A stretch of 64,000 nucleotides of DNA from Diplonema japonicum (taxonomy: Eukaryota; Protista; Euglenozoa: Diplonemea): assembly GCA_964019335.1 (NCBI GenBank), contig OZ025735.1, positions 62,001 through 126,000 of the forward strand, in the 5' to 3' direction. The first letter of the stretch is position 1, and each line of letters begins with the position of its first letter. The position numbers were made by a program, and so were the translations under genes. Below, one piece after another: positions 22,633-35,730 of this stretch. The notes beneath the pieces are model-generated. The model was not told the DNA's origin. It was given only the letters and a program-made list of their open reading frames with translations, and made no database searches.

Positions 22633-25170
22633 ATGCAGGAGCTGTTCCAGGTAGTGCAGCAGCTAGAGCACGATGCGCAGGGTCTCGATGGGACCTTCCG
22701 TGTGGGCCCGAAGCCAACGCTCGCTACGCAGACAGTGAAGCTAGACGACTTGGAGCAGCAGTTGGGGATGCGGCCTGGGCATTTCCCGGGCAGGGTCAAC
22801 CCTAAGCACAAGAGGAGCCAGGAGGCTGCTGTGCATAGCATCCTCGACCAGCCGCACACGGCGCCTGCCGATTATGAGAGCGACGAAGACCTGCCTGCCG
22901 TTGACTCCAACGTGGACACAGTGGTGGCCTACTGCCACTCGCAGCTGCTCAACAAGTGCCTTGAGAACGCGCAGCACGGTACTGCCGACTCCGCCAAACG
23001 CCTTCACTGGGCGCATGACGCGGCCGACCTGAACGTGGCCGCCTCCCGCCTCTCAGACCTCAACGCTATCCGCAGCGAGCTCTCCATCCAAAGCCGCCCC
23101 CTCAAACTCGCTTCCGGCGTCCTCGGAAGTGGCAGTGCCACCTACTGGGGCCTCAGCCAGACCGCTCAGAAACACAACACATCCGACTGGCGTGTCGCCA
23201 ACTACGCCGCGTGCATGAAGCGGTGGGTGGCCAACGACGAGACAACCACGTGGGGCGACATCATCTCGGGCTTCAAGACCCTGTCCTTTAGTGGTCCGGC
23301 GGGGCCGAAGAACGATGCAGGTCAGGGGCTCCTGCTGTGGGATTCTGTGGAAGCTGTGATGGAAGGCACAAGTTGCAAGAAGGGGGCTGGTGTGTCCACC
23401 AGCCAGGCAGTGGCGTACTTCACACGCCGCCACCTAGAGCTTGAGTACGCGGCCCACCTTATTGGGTACGTGCACATGGACAAAGTGGCAGGGACACCTA
23501 CCACAGCAGAGGTGGTAAAGGGTATCACGGATACCATGCACCAGACTGACCAGAATAGGATGGGACATGTTGAGACGCCGTTCTGGGCGCAGGCCTTCTA
23601 CTGCCTACGCTGCGGGGAGTTCCAGGGTGCCGTTGACGCTCTCGCGGAGTCTGGGAATGGCTCAGCTGAGGCCATTGCGCAGGAGCTGCCATCAAAGTGG
23701 CCCGCCTTCGCCTTTGTCAACGGAGAGCTTGTGGAACACCCGCCCTGCCCCACTGCAGTAGAGGCCGCAGCGGGGCTCACAGACACCGACTACGAGATGA
23801 ATCCCTTCAAGTGCGCAGTGCTGTTGTTGCTGTCGAGGAACTGCACGCGAAGAGCCCAGTGTTTACTGTGGGACCACATCTCGAAAAGGGATGCTGTGAA
23901 GTACGCACAAGACAGAGTGTGGCTGCATCTGGCACTGGCCGTACCCGACTCCAACAACAACTCTGATAGTTACCGGCTGTCGCACTATCAGCAGATGGCA
24001 GCGCGGGCGCGGTTAGCGGACTTCTCAGACTCCTTCCTGTACTGTCGTGCCATGCTGTGGTCTTTGAGTCCTGCCCGCACCATCTCCTGTCTTGTCCCGC
24101 CCACCATCCTCCCAGGCCTTGTCGACTTCGCCATTGAAGGCCTCCATATCTCACTTCTCCTCATCTCCAACACGGGCACTGATGAACATTCCGTCATCGC
24201 CAACTCCGACGTGCAGCGCGTGCATCGTGCGCTGTACGACTACATCTCTAAGCTGCTCCCTGCGTACCCCGAGGCTGCAGTCACCTATCTGAGCAGAATG
24301 CCGAACGCTGCGGAGGCGGTATGTTTGGGGGATAATCCACATGCACACAACAGGTGTTGACGGACTTGTGTACAACAAAGGAGATATGCCACGCGCTGCT
24401 GGGTTATATCAGCGCGGATCTGAAGGTACGAGAAAAAAACAAAAAAAAAAAAAAAAAACAAATAACGACAACAGCCGCACGAGGGGCCGATCACTGGGAT
24501 GTACGACGCGAAAGAGCGGTCGTCGATCTACCTGTCGGTGGCGGAGTCGGTGAGGAGGAAGGGCGAGGTGCTGCTGGCTGCGGAGCTCATGATCATGTCG
24601 ATGATGGTGGGGGACGAGAAGCGGGCGATGCGGGAACTGACAAATCACATGAACGAGTGCTTGGTGAAGGTGATGGAGGAGCTGGATGTGAGCGGGGTGT
24701 CGGGACCCAGCAGCAACGAGACGATCAATGCTGCCGAGGTGGTAGGACCCTTCCTGCAGGCACACCTCGAAACGAACAATGGCGCGAAGGCTATGCAGCA
24801 GCTTTACACATTGGCCGTGCTGTGCTCTCACGCCGTGAGGAAGGGACACCACACCTGGGACGCCATCAAGAAGCTGTCAGATATGGGGCTGTTCCCTGCA
24901 TCACCGTCGGATGTGCCGCAATGCGCCACAGCAGCTAACACAAAGGGCTCCATCTCTGTCAGACGGGTCATCCCTATCGCTGTGTCGATGGCGCTTCGTG
25001 CCATCGCTGAGAACTTCCAAGACACCCGCATACCCGCTCCCGTACAGGCGCAGTACCTCTGTGTCGCCAAGTCCCTCCTCCTCTTCAACTCCCAGCTTAA
25101 AATCCCTTCGTCACCCGCCACCATCGCAAGGACGAACTCTGCCAAGATAGTTATATCACAGATATCGTAG
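22633..25170 (+). CDS. NUP93: Nucleoporin Nup93/Nic96; join 22633-24318, 24354-24425, 24475-25170
   Basis: PFWAQAFYCLRCG, NPFKCAV and QDRVWLHL match Nic96 motifs. 35- and 49-nt introns restore the frame. Confidence 0.8.
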
Positions 25171-25264
25171 AGGGGAAGTGTGCCATCACGTAGAATACAG
25201 TGTTTTCACAAACCATGCTTGTTCTCCACCTGTTTTAAACCTTCACAGGATACACAACTGCAAC

Positions 25265-26757
25265 ATGGGGAAGACGGCAAAGCCGAAAGCGGATGACGTG
25301 CTGGGGAAGCAGCTGACTGGTGCCAAGAAAACCCAAAGGAGTGATGTGAGAAGGGCGTTTGGTATGACTACAGGAAAAAAAAAAAAAAAAAAAAAAAAAA
25401 AACAGCGGCGTCGATTGGAGGGATGCATACGACAGACACCGCCGGACTGCAGAGTGTGTGGGAAGCGAACGACCTTGAGGAGTTTTTACATAGTGCGGAG
25501 CAGAACCAGAAGGATTTCACTGCCGAGAGAAATGTACGAATGGTGGTGCAGGGGGTGACCCATGTTTACCAAGACGATAAAATGAAGCCGATGGAGGACC
25601 AGAGCGACGCGTCTAAATGGTTCGAACTGTCGAAGAAACTGCCCATCCCGCAAAGACCGAATTGGAACCACCACATGATAAAGGAGGAGATCAACGAGCA
25701 AGAGCGCATCTCCTTCCTTGCATGGAGGCGGAAGCTCGCGGCCATCGAAGAAAAGGAAAGCGTTCTGATGACCCCCTACGAACGCAACCTTGAGGTGTGG
25801 CGTCAGCTGTGGCGAGTGGTCGAGAGGAGCGACATCGTCGTCAACATCCTAGATGCTAGGAACCCTCTAGCCTTCAGGAGCAAGTCCACCGAAGACACCG
25901 TAATCAAAGCAAAGAAAAAACTCTTGCTTCTCTTAAACAAAGCAGAGCTGCTCACGAAAAGGCAGAGACTAGCATGGGGTAAGTACTTCCAAAACCAAGG
26001 CATCACTGCGCTGTTCTTCTCCGCCTCCATGGCGAAGGACCAGCTTGACAAGGACGCCGGCAACGACCCTACAAAGGGAAGGGTCGGAAATGCCTTTGAG
26101 AACGATGCAGGAGGTGCTGAAAACGTCCTTGTGGAACAGATGATTCTCGCAGAAGAGAAAGAGATGGAAGAGATGGAGGATATGGACGAGGCAGTTCCCA
26201 TCGTGGAAGCACCGGAGGAACCAAAGCCTAAGCCCAGAGCGAAGAAGTCAAGGAGGAACAATAAGAAATTGAAGGGTACTCCGCAAGCAGCGTTGGTTGC
26301 CCCTGGTCCCCACCCCTTCGCGACGAAAAGACCTCCGAAACCGGAAAAAAAGCCGGAGCCCCCCCCGCCTGCTACAGAGCAGGAGACGGAGCGTACCGAG
26401 CGTTGTGGAAAAATCAGGAAGCTGGGCGGGCTTAAGGCAGCGTTGGCGTTCCACGATCAGGACCTTTCGAGGATCTACACACCTGAGCAGCTTATCGATT
26501 TCTTCCAGCTGCACAGAGACAACGACGACATGGACGGCAAGCCAGTGATGGCGGGCTTCATCGGATACCCCAACGTCGGGAAGTCCAGCACCATCAACGT
26601 GCTGTGGGAGAGCAAGAAGGTGAACGTCTCGTCCACACCGGGGAAGACCAAGCACTTCCAGACCCTCATTCTCCCCGATGAGCGACGTGTCATGTTGTGT
26701 GACTGCCCAGGGTTGGTATGCAGGGCGAAATACAATTTCTTTTTAAAACCACGACAA

Positions 26758-26789
<32 letters not shown>

Positions 26790-27700
26790 AAAAAAAAAAA
26801 AGGTGTTCCCGTCGTTTGCCTCAACGCGTGACCACATGATTGTGGACGGCATCCTGCCGATCAGTCAGGTGAAGGGTATGTCGAATTAAAAAAGAAAAAA
26901 AAAAAAAAAAAAAAAAAAAACCAGACGCGATCGCACCGATGTTGATCGTCGAGAAGAACATCAAGAAGGAGATCTTCGAGATGATGTACACCATCAACTT
27001 GGACTGGACGGAGGACAAGGACGAGTCACCGTCGTCGGCGCACCTCCTGTGCAACCAGCTGGGGCGTGCGAGGGGCTACATGACGGACCACAACAAACCC
27101 AACGTGAGCAGGGCAGCAAGGCATATCCTAACGGACTACGTCAGCGGCACACTGATATTCGTGCACCCTCCCCCTGGTATCAAACTTGAGGACATTGAGG
27201 TCTCGGAGTCAGAAGCATCATCTATTGACGAGGAAGAAGACCTGGAAGAGGACGAAGAATTCGAGGAATATGAGGAGCTGGAAGAAGAAGAAGAAAGTGC
27301 CGACGACGTCAACTGGGACCATGTTCTTCCCGAAAGAAAACCAAAACAGAAGGAAGAAACCGCAGAGGAGAAGTTCAACAGAGACAACTCCCACGTGGAT
27401 GCGATATACGCAAAGATGCTTGAACCGAAAACCAAAAAAGCGCACAAAGCTAAACACCAAGCTGATGCTGAGGTGCGCGAAATCAACGAAGATGGGATGT
27501 ACGTCGTCGAGGTCTCTGATGATGATGGAATTGAAGAAATCCAAGGGCCTGATATCCTTATTGCGGACTTGCCCCCCCGGAAGCAAACCAAGCGTTCTGC
27601 CCGCATGGCTGCTAAAAACGATATGAGGAACCGGATTGGACACCATCATAAATATGCCACTCACGGTACACATCAAAGCAAATATGACAAAACATTCTGA
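25265..27700 (+). CDS. LSG1: Large subunit GTPase 1 (circularly permuted GTPase); join 25265-25361, 25406-26715, 26803-26875, 26925-27700
   Basis: TPYERNLEVWRQLWRVVERSD, DARNP, NKAEL, GYPNVGKSS, TPGKTKHFQT, DCPGL-VFPSF (after splicing). Confidence 0.95.
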
Positions 27701-28097
27701 TCATTTTATTTTTTTATTTTATTTTGCAATCCCCCCCCCCCCCCCCCCCCCTCCCCGTCATTTGTTTTTTTTTGTTTTTTTTATCCTCACCTCTCTCTGA
27801 CCTATTATCAAAAGGATTTTTTCATTTTTTATTTTTTTACGCTCACCCCCCCCCCCCCCCCCCTCCCCCTTGCGGTTCCACAGTCTCAAACATGTTCTAT
27901 CCAAATATTTAAAAAAAAGAATCATTTTTCTTTCCCCCCCCCTTTCATTTTATTGTTATTTCCACCGCTGTCTGCAGAGGATTGTTGTTTCATTTTTTTT
28001 CTTTTCCCGTGTCTCGCAAGAACGTTGGGGGGGGGGGGGGGGGCTTTGTTTTCTCCCTTTCGAGTGTTTGAAGACTCTCGTTGGGCTTTGAATGCAA

Positions 28098-29475
28098 ATG
28101 ATGATCTAAAACACAAAGGAAATCATAGGAATCTCATTGATTTGATCTTTTTGAATTGAAACCATCCTTTTTCATAACCTCCTGAACTTGGCAAAACCCG
28201 AATTAGCCTTCTAAATGTACTAGACTTGCCTTGTGTCAGTTCTTGTGCTTACCCGTTTGTGATGATCAAATATAATCCTTGAAATCTGAATCTCTTGAAG
28301 AAAACCTTCAAACTTGCATATAACTACTCTGGCTGACATACCGTTTTCCTCATCTTCCTCGAAACACCGTAAACATGATGACAGTACTTCTCCAGGGCAC
28401 TGGACGCTTAGTCTCTTGTGACGGTGATTATCCACAAAAGTATTTCACAGCGTTGACATTCACTGATCCGGAATGACGAGGAAGATCAAGGGGAGCGAGT
28501 GGGACAAGGAAGCCTTGTGGGATGTTTCCCTTGTGGCCTTTGATCAAGATGATGAATAAAACAAAGGAAATCATAGGAATCTCATTGATTTGATCTTTTT
28601 GAATTGAAACCATCCTTTTCATAACCTCCTGAACACACTCCCGCCACCCAGGACCCACCACCCAGCCACCTCGCCAAGATGCCATGCAACCACATAGCTG
28701 GTGTCTTAGTAGTTGGGCTTAGATGTCCTCCTTTGCAACTCGGTTTTTTTTTTGGAGCGACATCCCAAAGGGGAGCATCATAAGGTAGGCACGCCACCGC
28801 AGTAGGCCGTTGCTAACCACTTCGTTTCCTATCATAGTGATTTTCTTTTTATTACGACAGGCACGTGTCGAGTCCCTTGGATGGTGGGCTCCAGCGCAAA
28901 GGATGATGATCAAATATAATCCTTGAAATCTGAATCTCTTGAAGAAAACCTTCAAACTTGCATATAACTACTCTGGCTGACACTCTGCTGGCACTGTTGT
29001 TCTCTTCCCATCTTCCTCGAAACTATTGTAAAAACACATGATGACAGTACTTCTCCAGGGCACTGGACGCTTAGTCTCTTGTGACGGTGATTATCCACAA
29101 AAGTATTTCACAGCGTTGACATTCACTGATCCGGAATGACGAGGAAGATCAAGGGGAGCGAGTGGGACAAGGAAGCTGTCTTGCATGCTTCTCACGCAGC
29201 CTTTGATCAAGATGATGAATAAAAACAAAGGAAATCATAGGAATCTCATTGATTTGATCTTTTTGAATTGAAACCATCCTTTTCATAACCTCCTGAACAC
29301 ACTCCCGCCACCCAGGACCCACCACCCAGCCACCTCGCCAAGATGCCATGCAACCACATAGCTGGTGTCTTAGTAGTTGGGCTTAGATGTCCTCCTTTTA
29401 CATGAAAGGAAAAGCTTCAGAAAGTAACAAAACCCGGAGCGAGAGCAAAAAGAGGGGAAAGAAAAAGAACAAGGG

Positions 29476-29506
<31 letters not shown>

Positions 29507-31289
29507 CCCTAAAGTTCTTTTTTTGATGCAAAAAAGAATGAAACAAAAAAAGAAAGAAAAATGTCTATCTACTCCAATGTAGCTGGAAGGTTGGAGCCCA
29601 CGATGTGCTGCCTCGTTGTGGGGGGACGCCCTTGAGGTGTGGGACCCGAGCAGCTCCCCTACAGAGTGTGGCGATGCGCCTCTCGCGCCTTTTTAAGAAC
29701 ACACCATCCACACGAAGAATATCTCAAACTTCTGTAGTGAAGGCCTAAGGCATATAAAAACGAAAAAGAAACCAAACATTACACCATTCCTTTTTTACAA
29801 AACGGAACATCACTTTGATCCCCTCCTGGCAACAGGCTTCATGTGGTAAAAGGGAAGAAGAAGAAGAAGAATGTTCAAAAGAAACTGGTTTTCCTATTAC
29901 TTTACGTAACGAACACAATCTTACTCTTGCGAACATCAAGTCAGTGAAAAGATTGTCCCCCCCCCCCCCCCCCTTCTCTTCTTGTTTTTAATGTTCTTTC
30001 TGCTGATGTTTTCTTCTTATCGTATTCTATTCTTTCTGCAAACCTGCTGGCGATGACCGAAATAAAAGGGGAAGAGAAAAGACTACTTGACTACCCAGCC
30101 ACCTCGCCAAGATGCCATGCAACCACATAGCTGGTGTCTTAATAGTTGGGCTTAGATGTCCTTCTTTGCAACTCGGTTTTTTTCTTCGTTCATTTTTCAT
30201 TTTATTATGATGACTTAATATAATCCTTGAAATCTGAATCTCTTGAAGAAAACCTTCAAACTTGCATATAACTACTCTGGCTGACACTCTGCTGGCACTG
30301 TTGCTCTCTTCCCATCTTCCTCGAAACAACTGCAAAACATATGATGACAGTACTTCTCCAGGGCACTGGACGCTTAGTCTCTTGTGACGGTGATTATCCA
30401 CAAAAGTATTTCACAGCGTTGACATTCACTGATCCGGAATGACGGGGAAGATCAAGGGGAGCGAGTGGGACAAGGAAGCCTTGTGGGATGTTTCCCCTGT
30501 GGCCTTCGATCAAGATGATGAATAAAAACAAAGGAAATCATAGGAATCTCATTGATTTGATCTTTTTGAATTGAAACCATCCTTTTCATAACCTCCTGAA
30601 CACACTCCCGCCACCCAGGACCCACCACCCAGCCACCTCGCCAAGATGCCATGCAACCACATAGCTGGTGTCTTAGTAGTTGGTGTCTGGTGTCCTCCTT
30701 AGACCGTTATTTGTTGTGATGATCAAATATAATCCTTGAAATCTGAATCTCTTGAAGAAAACCTTCAAACTTGCATATAACTACTCTGGCTGACATACCG
30801 TTTTCCTCATCTTCCTCGAAACACCGTAAACATGATGACAGTACTTCTCCAGGGCACTGGACGCTTAGTCTCTTGTGACGGTGATTATCCACAAAAAGTA
30901 TTTCACAGCGTTGACATTCACTGATCCGGAATGACGAGGAAGATGAGAAAGCAAAGTTGATAGCCTTGCATCAACTATCGGCATTCTCATTTTATTTGTT
31001 GCTCCCTCGCCATATGTTTGTGGTACTCCTCTGCTCTGTTGCAGTGCTTGTGCTCACCCGTTTGTGATGATCAAATATAATCCTTGAAATCTGAATCTCT
31101 TGAAGAAAACCTTCAAACTTGCATATAACTACTCTGGCTGACACTCTGCTGGCACTGTTGTTCTCTTCCCATCTTCCTCGAAACAACTGCAAAACATATG
31201 ATGACAGTACTTCTCCAGGGCACTGGACGCTTAGTCTCTTGTGACGGTGATTATCCACAAAAGTATTTCACAGCGTTGACATTCACTGA
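28098..31289 (+). ncRNA. snoRNA cluster 2: C 28098-28185, A 28259-28336, B 28375-28466, C 28549-28632, D 28661-28726, A 28903-28980, B 29038-29129, C 29212-29296, D 29325-29390, D 30094-30159, A 30207-30284, B 30341-30432, C 30515-30599, D(truncated) 30628-30683, A 30716-30793, B 30832-30924, A 31064-31141, B 31198-31289
   Basis: Same four families as cluster 1, near-identical, with variable spacers. Confidence 0.9.
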
Positions 31290-32009
31290 TCCGGAATGAC
31301 GAGGAAGATCAAGGGGAGCGAGTGCGACAATATAATTGTTTTGAGTTTCGGACTTATTATTATATACCGGGTCAGGGTCCAGGTAAAAAAGAAAACAACA
31401 GGATACAATGTCTGACACTTGTTCCTCTCCTCCAAGGGATCCTCCTCTGAGGACTCTGTGACCTCTTCAGAGGTATGCTACAAGACACAGCTCTTGGAGA
31501 AGAAGTCAGGCATTTTTTGTTTCTACAGTTTGTAGTTTGTTTGTTTGTGTTGTATTCGTGCTTATTTGTTTCTGGTGGCTTTTAATTGGGTTTTAATTAA
31601 ACGGGAGCAATCGGCGATCGGTTTCCTAACCAGGTAAGCAACGCGGTCCAGGGTCTCGATCACCGGCAACAAACAGCGAGCAACTGAAGCGATCTTCTCA
31701 GACAGTACTGGCTTTAACGAAGTCGGAGTACAGCCTTTCTTCGTCTTAAGATTCTCGAACATCTCCACAGACGTAAGCATCTGTTCCAACAACAGCGTCG
31801 ACTTGAATTGCACCCACCTCGTCTTCTGAGTGTAACACGAATAGAACAGGTTGCTAAATTTTCTTGCAACCATCCGCTTCGTCATCCGTACTATGCTACC
31901 AGCCCCATGTAAAAAAAAAAAATGCCTTTAAATGTCTGTAGAAAGGTAACGTGCGAACAAACCCGCAAGCTCTTTTTTTTTCAAAGCCACAAGGAGGATG
32001 GTTCAGAAA

Positions 32010-32450
32010 GTGAATGAGTCGGAGCAGGCGCAGCCCCCCGCGGGGTGCCTGTCTCAGTGTCCACTCAGATGACGAGTCTGAAGACCCCACAGCTCGCATC
32101 TGGGAACATTAATTAACCGCTGCACGGGGACTGGGGCTTTTATGCCCGTTGCGGAGCCTGCCGGTATTCAACCCAGAGGACGTGCGGACTAGCTTCAAGG
32201 GGCGCGGCTCACCTGATGACCCCACAGCTCGCATCTGGGAACATGTTAACCGCTGCACAGGGGCGTTTATGCCCATTGCGGAGCCTGTGCCGGTATTCAA
32301 CCCAGAGGTAGTATTCTACCCAGAGGACTTGCGGACTAGCTTCGGGGGGGGCGGCTCACCTGATGACCCCACAGCTAACATCTGGGAATATATTTACAAA
32401 AACTCCGGTTCTGGCCGAACCCCGCCCCATGTTAGAGAACAACAGCGCAT
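32010..32450 (+). pseudogene. Diverged, internally duplicated copy of the 5' end of the downstream TPR gene
   Basis: Two ~140-nt tandem units (GACCCCACAGCT..CATCTGGGAA; TTTATGCCC...TTC(A/T)ACCCAGAGGAC) homologous to 33125-33370. Frameshifted. Confidence 0.7.
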
Positions 32451-33129
32451 CCTCGAACTGGTCGCACCAACCCTATCCCAACATGCAGGGACAAGAAAGC
32501 TGTTTTATGTGAATTTCTTCATGACAACAGTGAACACCCATGCACATCGAGTTTTTTTTTTTCTTCTGAAGGCTAGATCTCGTTTTTTAACGAGAACTTG
32601 GGACCCCTTTCTTTTTTTTCTTTTTTAAAAAAGGGGGGACTTGCAATAAGGTAAGTTAAAAAAGAAAAATGGTTCGAACCAGTCGGCTCCTTTCTTTTTC
32701 TTTTTCTTTTTTTCAGGTTCTTTTTCAATTTTAGAGAACCAAAATTGTGTGCTTATTTGTCGTGCGGGTTTTGCGGGAAAGAAATCGTGGGGTTTTTCTT
32801 TTTTTTTTCTTCTTTTATTAAAATTTAATTAAGGTGTGCAGCCGCTTACTCCAAGGCATCTATTTTTCAAAACCTAGAGTAATGACGGCGCGGTGAGATG
32901 CAAAACTGTGCACTCCCTCCCAAGTCACTATTAGCTAGCACAAATCAAGCGAAGTAGTGGCGCGTGTGTGTCTTTGCCGACTAGTAGTACAAAAGGGAGG
33001 CCAGTTCTCTCAGGCGGAATTAGTCAATCATGGCCGGGGCAAGCATGTTAAAGGACACCTTTTTTTATTAAGATTTATTAAATGTTTCTTTTCTTTTTTA
33101 TTTGAGTTGTTCACACACACCACAGGGGG

Positions 33130-34726
33130 ATGGTTGGGATGGTGCATGAGCCGAGGCAGCTGCTGCAGCACCCCTGCACGGAGTCTGGGGCGTTTATGCC
33201 CATTTCGGTGCCTGCGTCGGTATTCTACCCAGAGGACGCGCGGACCAGCTTCACAGAGGTGCGCGGCTCACCTGAAGACCCCACAACGAACATCTGGGAA
33301 TATATTAACCGCAGCAGCTCTGGTGCTGTCCCCCAAACCCCGCCTCATAACAGAGAGAACAACAGCGCAGCGTCGAACTGGTCGCACCAACCTTATCCCG
33401 ACGTTGAGACTGTCAATGTTCACAGCTCCACAAGCAGAAGCCCTTCACGGGAAAGTGGGCACATCTCACTACCCGAAGTCCCTGAGTGCATCCAGAAGAT
33501 GATCACAAAAATGCCCGAAGTGACGGACAAGAAGAAAGACGCGAAAGAGGTGATCCGGTACATGAAGGACATCTCTACCTACGACACAGCGTGCGAGTTC
33601 GTGGTCAGCAAGATGAACAACGGGGATGTGTGTCCGTCGATGTGGTGGAAGCTTTGCTTAGAGCTGGCGGAATTGTACAAAAAGGGGCATCTGCCGCAGG
33701 CCAGGATATGGCTTTGCTTGACAATCGGATTGCTACCAGGTGGTGCGACGGGTTGGACGGAACTAGCGAAAATAGAAGAAGACCTGAACCAGATAGCCAT
33801 GGCTAAAGCATTGTTCAAGATGGGGCTGCAGATGTGCGTGGGGCCCGAGAGATGCACACTGTCGGTGAAAGCAATGCGACTCCTAGAGCTCTTCCCGCAT
33901 GAGGGCAGTGATTTACTTGTAAGGAAAATACTCGGCGATGCAGTACGTGACCTGCCACCAGAGAAGTCATGGAAAGTCTTACTTGAAGGCACTCTTTACG
34001 AAGCGCGGAAGGGAAATGACAAAGCTGCAAGTGCCATTATGGCATGCATCATGGATGCTGTCCCCCGCCAAGGCACTGTTTACCTTGAAGCTGCAAAGCT
34101 GCATGAAAAGAACGGAAATTACAAAAGTGCCATTGAAATCGTGAAGCGAGGCCTCAAAGCGAACCCGAAGTTCGGGCCGCTCGTTTTCTACGGGATCCGC
34201 TTTCTCGAGAAACAAGCCTGGGCAGAATATTACGAAGGGGAAAAGTACAACGAAGGCAGACGGAAGGCTTACAATAAAAGCGGACGGGCGTCCATGGCAG
34301 ACAAGGTACAAACAAAAAAAAAAAAACAAAAAAAAAAAAATAATAATAATAATAATAATAAAAACAGCTATTTGACTTAGCGGAGATACAAGAGCAGGAG
34401 TACAGGTCTATAGATCTGACGCCCTTACACGATTTTAGAAAAGAAGCGAAGAAGTATATGTGTTCGGAGCTGGTGTGGAAACTGCACTTTGAGGTAGCAC
34501 AGGCTGAGGAGCGGGCGGCGCAGTACACAGGTGCGCGGCGCTCCTTCAGCATGGCGTTTCAAGAGTGCCTACCGAATCTGAAATGGAAAGTCCTCGTAGG
34601 CGGTGCAAGGATGGAGCTTGCCAAGGGCAGTCAGACTGTCGCCCTGTTGACTCTGACGGCGGCGTTCAACATCCTGAAGCCAGACCAGAACAAAACAATG
34701 GTATTTAACAAAAAAACAAGAACCCC

Positions 34727-34757
<31 letters not shown>

Positions 34758-35730
34758 ACACGCTCTATGCTTTGTCGCATGGACATTGGTCACTCTGCCC
34801 CCCCCCCCCTTTTTTGCTTTCTCCCCTTTCCCCCTCCTAAATTTTACCCCCCCCCCCCACACACAACACAGTCAATCGTAAAATTAGAACTGGCACGATA
34901 CTACGAGTACACAGGGCACCTCGATATGGCAAGGGACACCTTGCTGGACGCACAGGTACAAGATTTCTTTTTTTTTTTGTAAAATTCCTTAATAACAGGG
35001 CGGGGACTGGAGGGCATACCTCGAACAGGTGTCTTTAGAACTGCGATCGGGGGACGGGGTAAAGAAGGCTTTGGAAGTCGCAAGGCGCGGGGTGAGAAGC
35101 TTCAAGTCGTCGGCGAGGCTGTGGGCCATCATTATCCAACTAACGAACGAGCTGGGCAAAACAGGCGGTGGGAACCCCACAGCGTTGGCGGAGTTCGAAA
35201 ACAGCAAGTTCAGCGTCAGGAAAGCTGGCGAAGTTTGGTGCGAAGGTGCAAGGATCCACATGGACCCACTGCAACCCCATTTGTTTAATCTCGATACGGC
35301 CGAGGAGTACCTTAGAAGCGCAATGAGGTACACACCTCAATACGGTGATTCTTTTATAGAAATGGCAAAACTGTGTTTTTTGAAGTACGGGAAAACAGGC
35401 CCTTGGGTCAACTCGCTGATGAGTGGGCTTGCTCTTGCAGAACCCAACTATGGACCGTTGTGGCAGGCGTGCAAGCATTCACCGTTGTTGACGTGCCAGG
35501 AGGTTCTGGTGCACGCGATGCAGCTCTTGCAGACGGAGTTGCATATTTACTCTGAGTTCTTTACTCCTTTGTTGCTTCCATCTACCGTGCGGTTACCACT
35601 CGACGATTTCCCACCCTGGTTGTTTACAACTGCGCTGCCTTCGGTTACTTATCAATTCCGTTTTCTTGCAACTCTTCCAAACGCGACCAGAAGACGGCTT
35701 ATCTTTGGGTGCGAGCCTATTACTTCGTGA
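33130..35730 (+). CDS. TPR/HAT-repeat protein; join 33130-34305, 34368-34700, 34872-34955, 34999-35730
   Basis: HAT-like repeats (WTELAKIEE, WKVLLEG, VYLEAAKLHE, VWKLHFEVAQ, VWCEGARI, TPQYGDSFIE, EPNYGPLW). Three GT-AG introns. Confidence 0.85.

Noticed and set aside
29617-29668. Additional AGA-box RNA in the gap of cluster 2
   Set aside because: A G/C stem ending in AGA is possible, but it is single copy, shorter than family D, and has no recognisable pocket target.
28098-31289. CRISPR array or satellite interpretation of the repeats
   Set aside because: Units are 65-95 nt, of four kinds, with C/D or AGA boxes and rRNA complementarity. There are no unique equal-length spacers or cas genes, and the context is eukaryotic.
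32211-32370. CTGATGA motifs as snoRNA or hammerhead cores
   Set aside because: Explained as codons (SPDDP) of the duplicated 5' end of the TPR gene.
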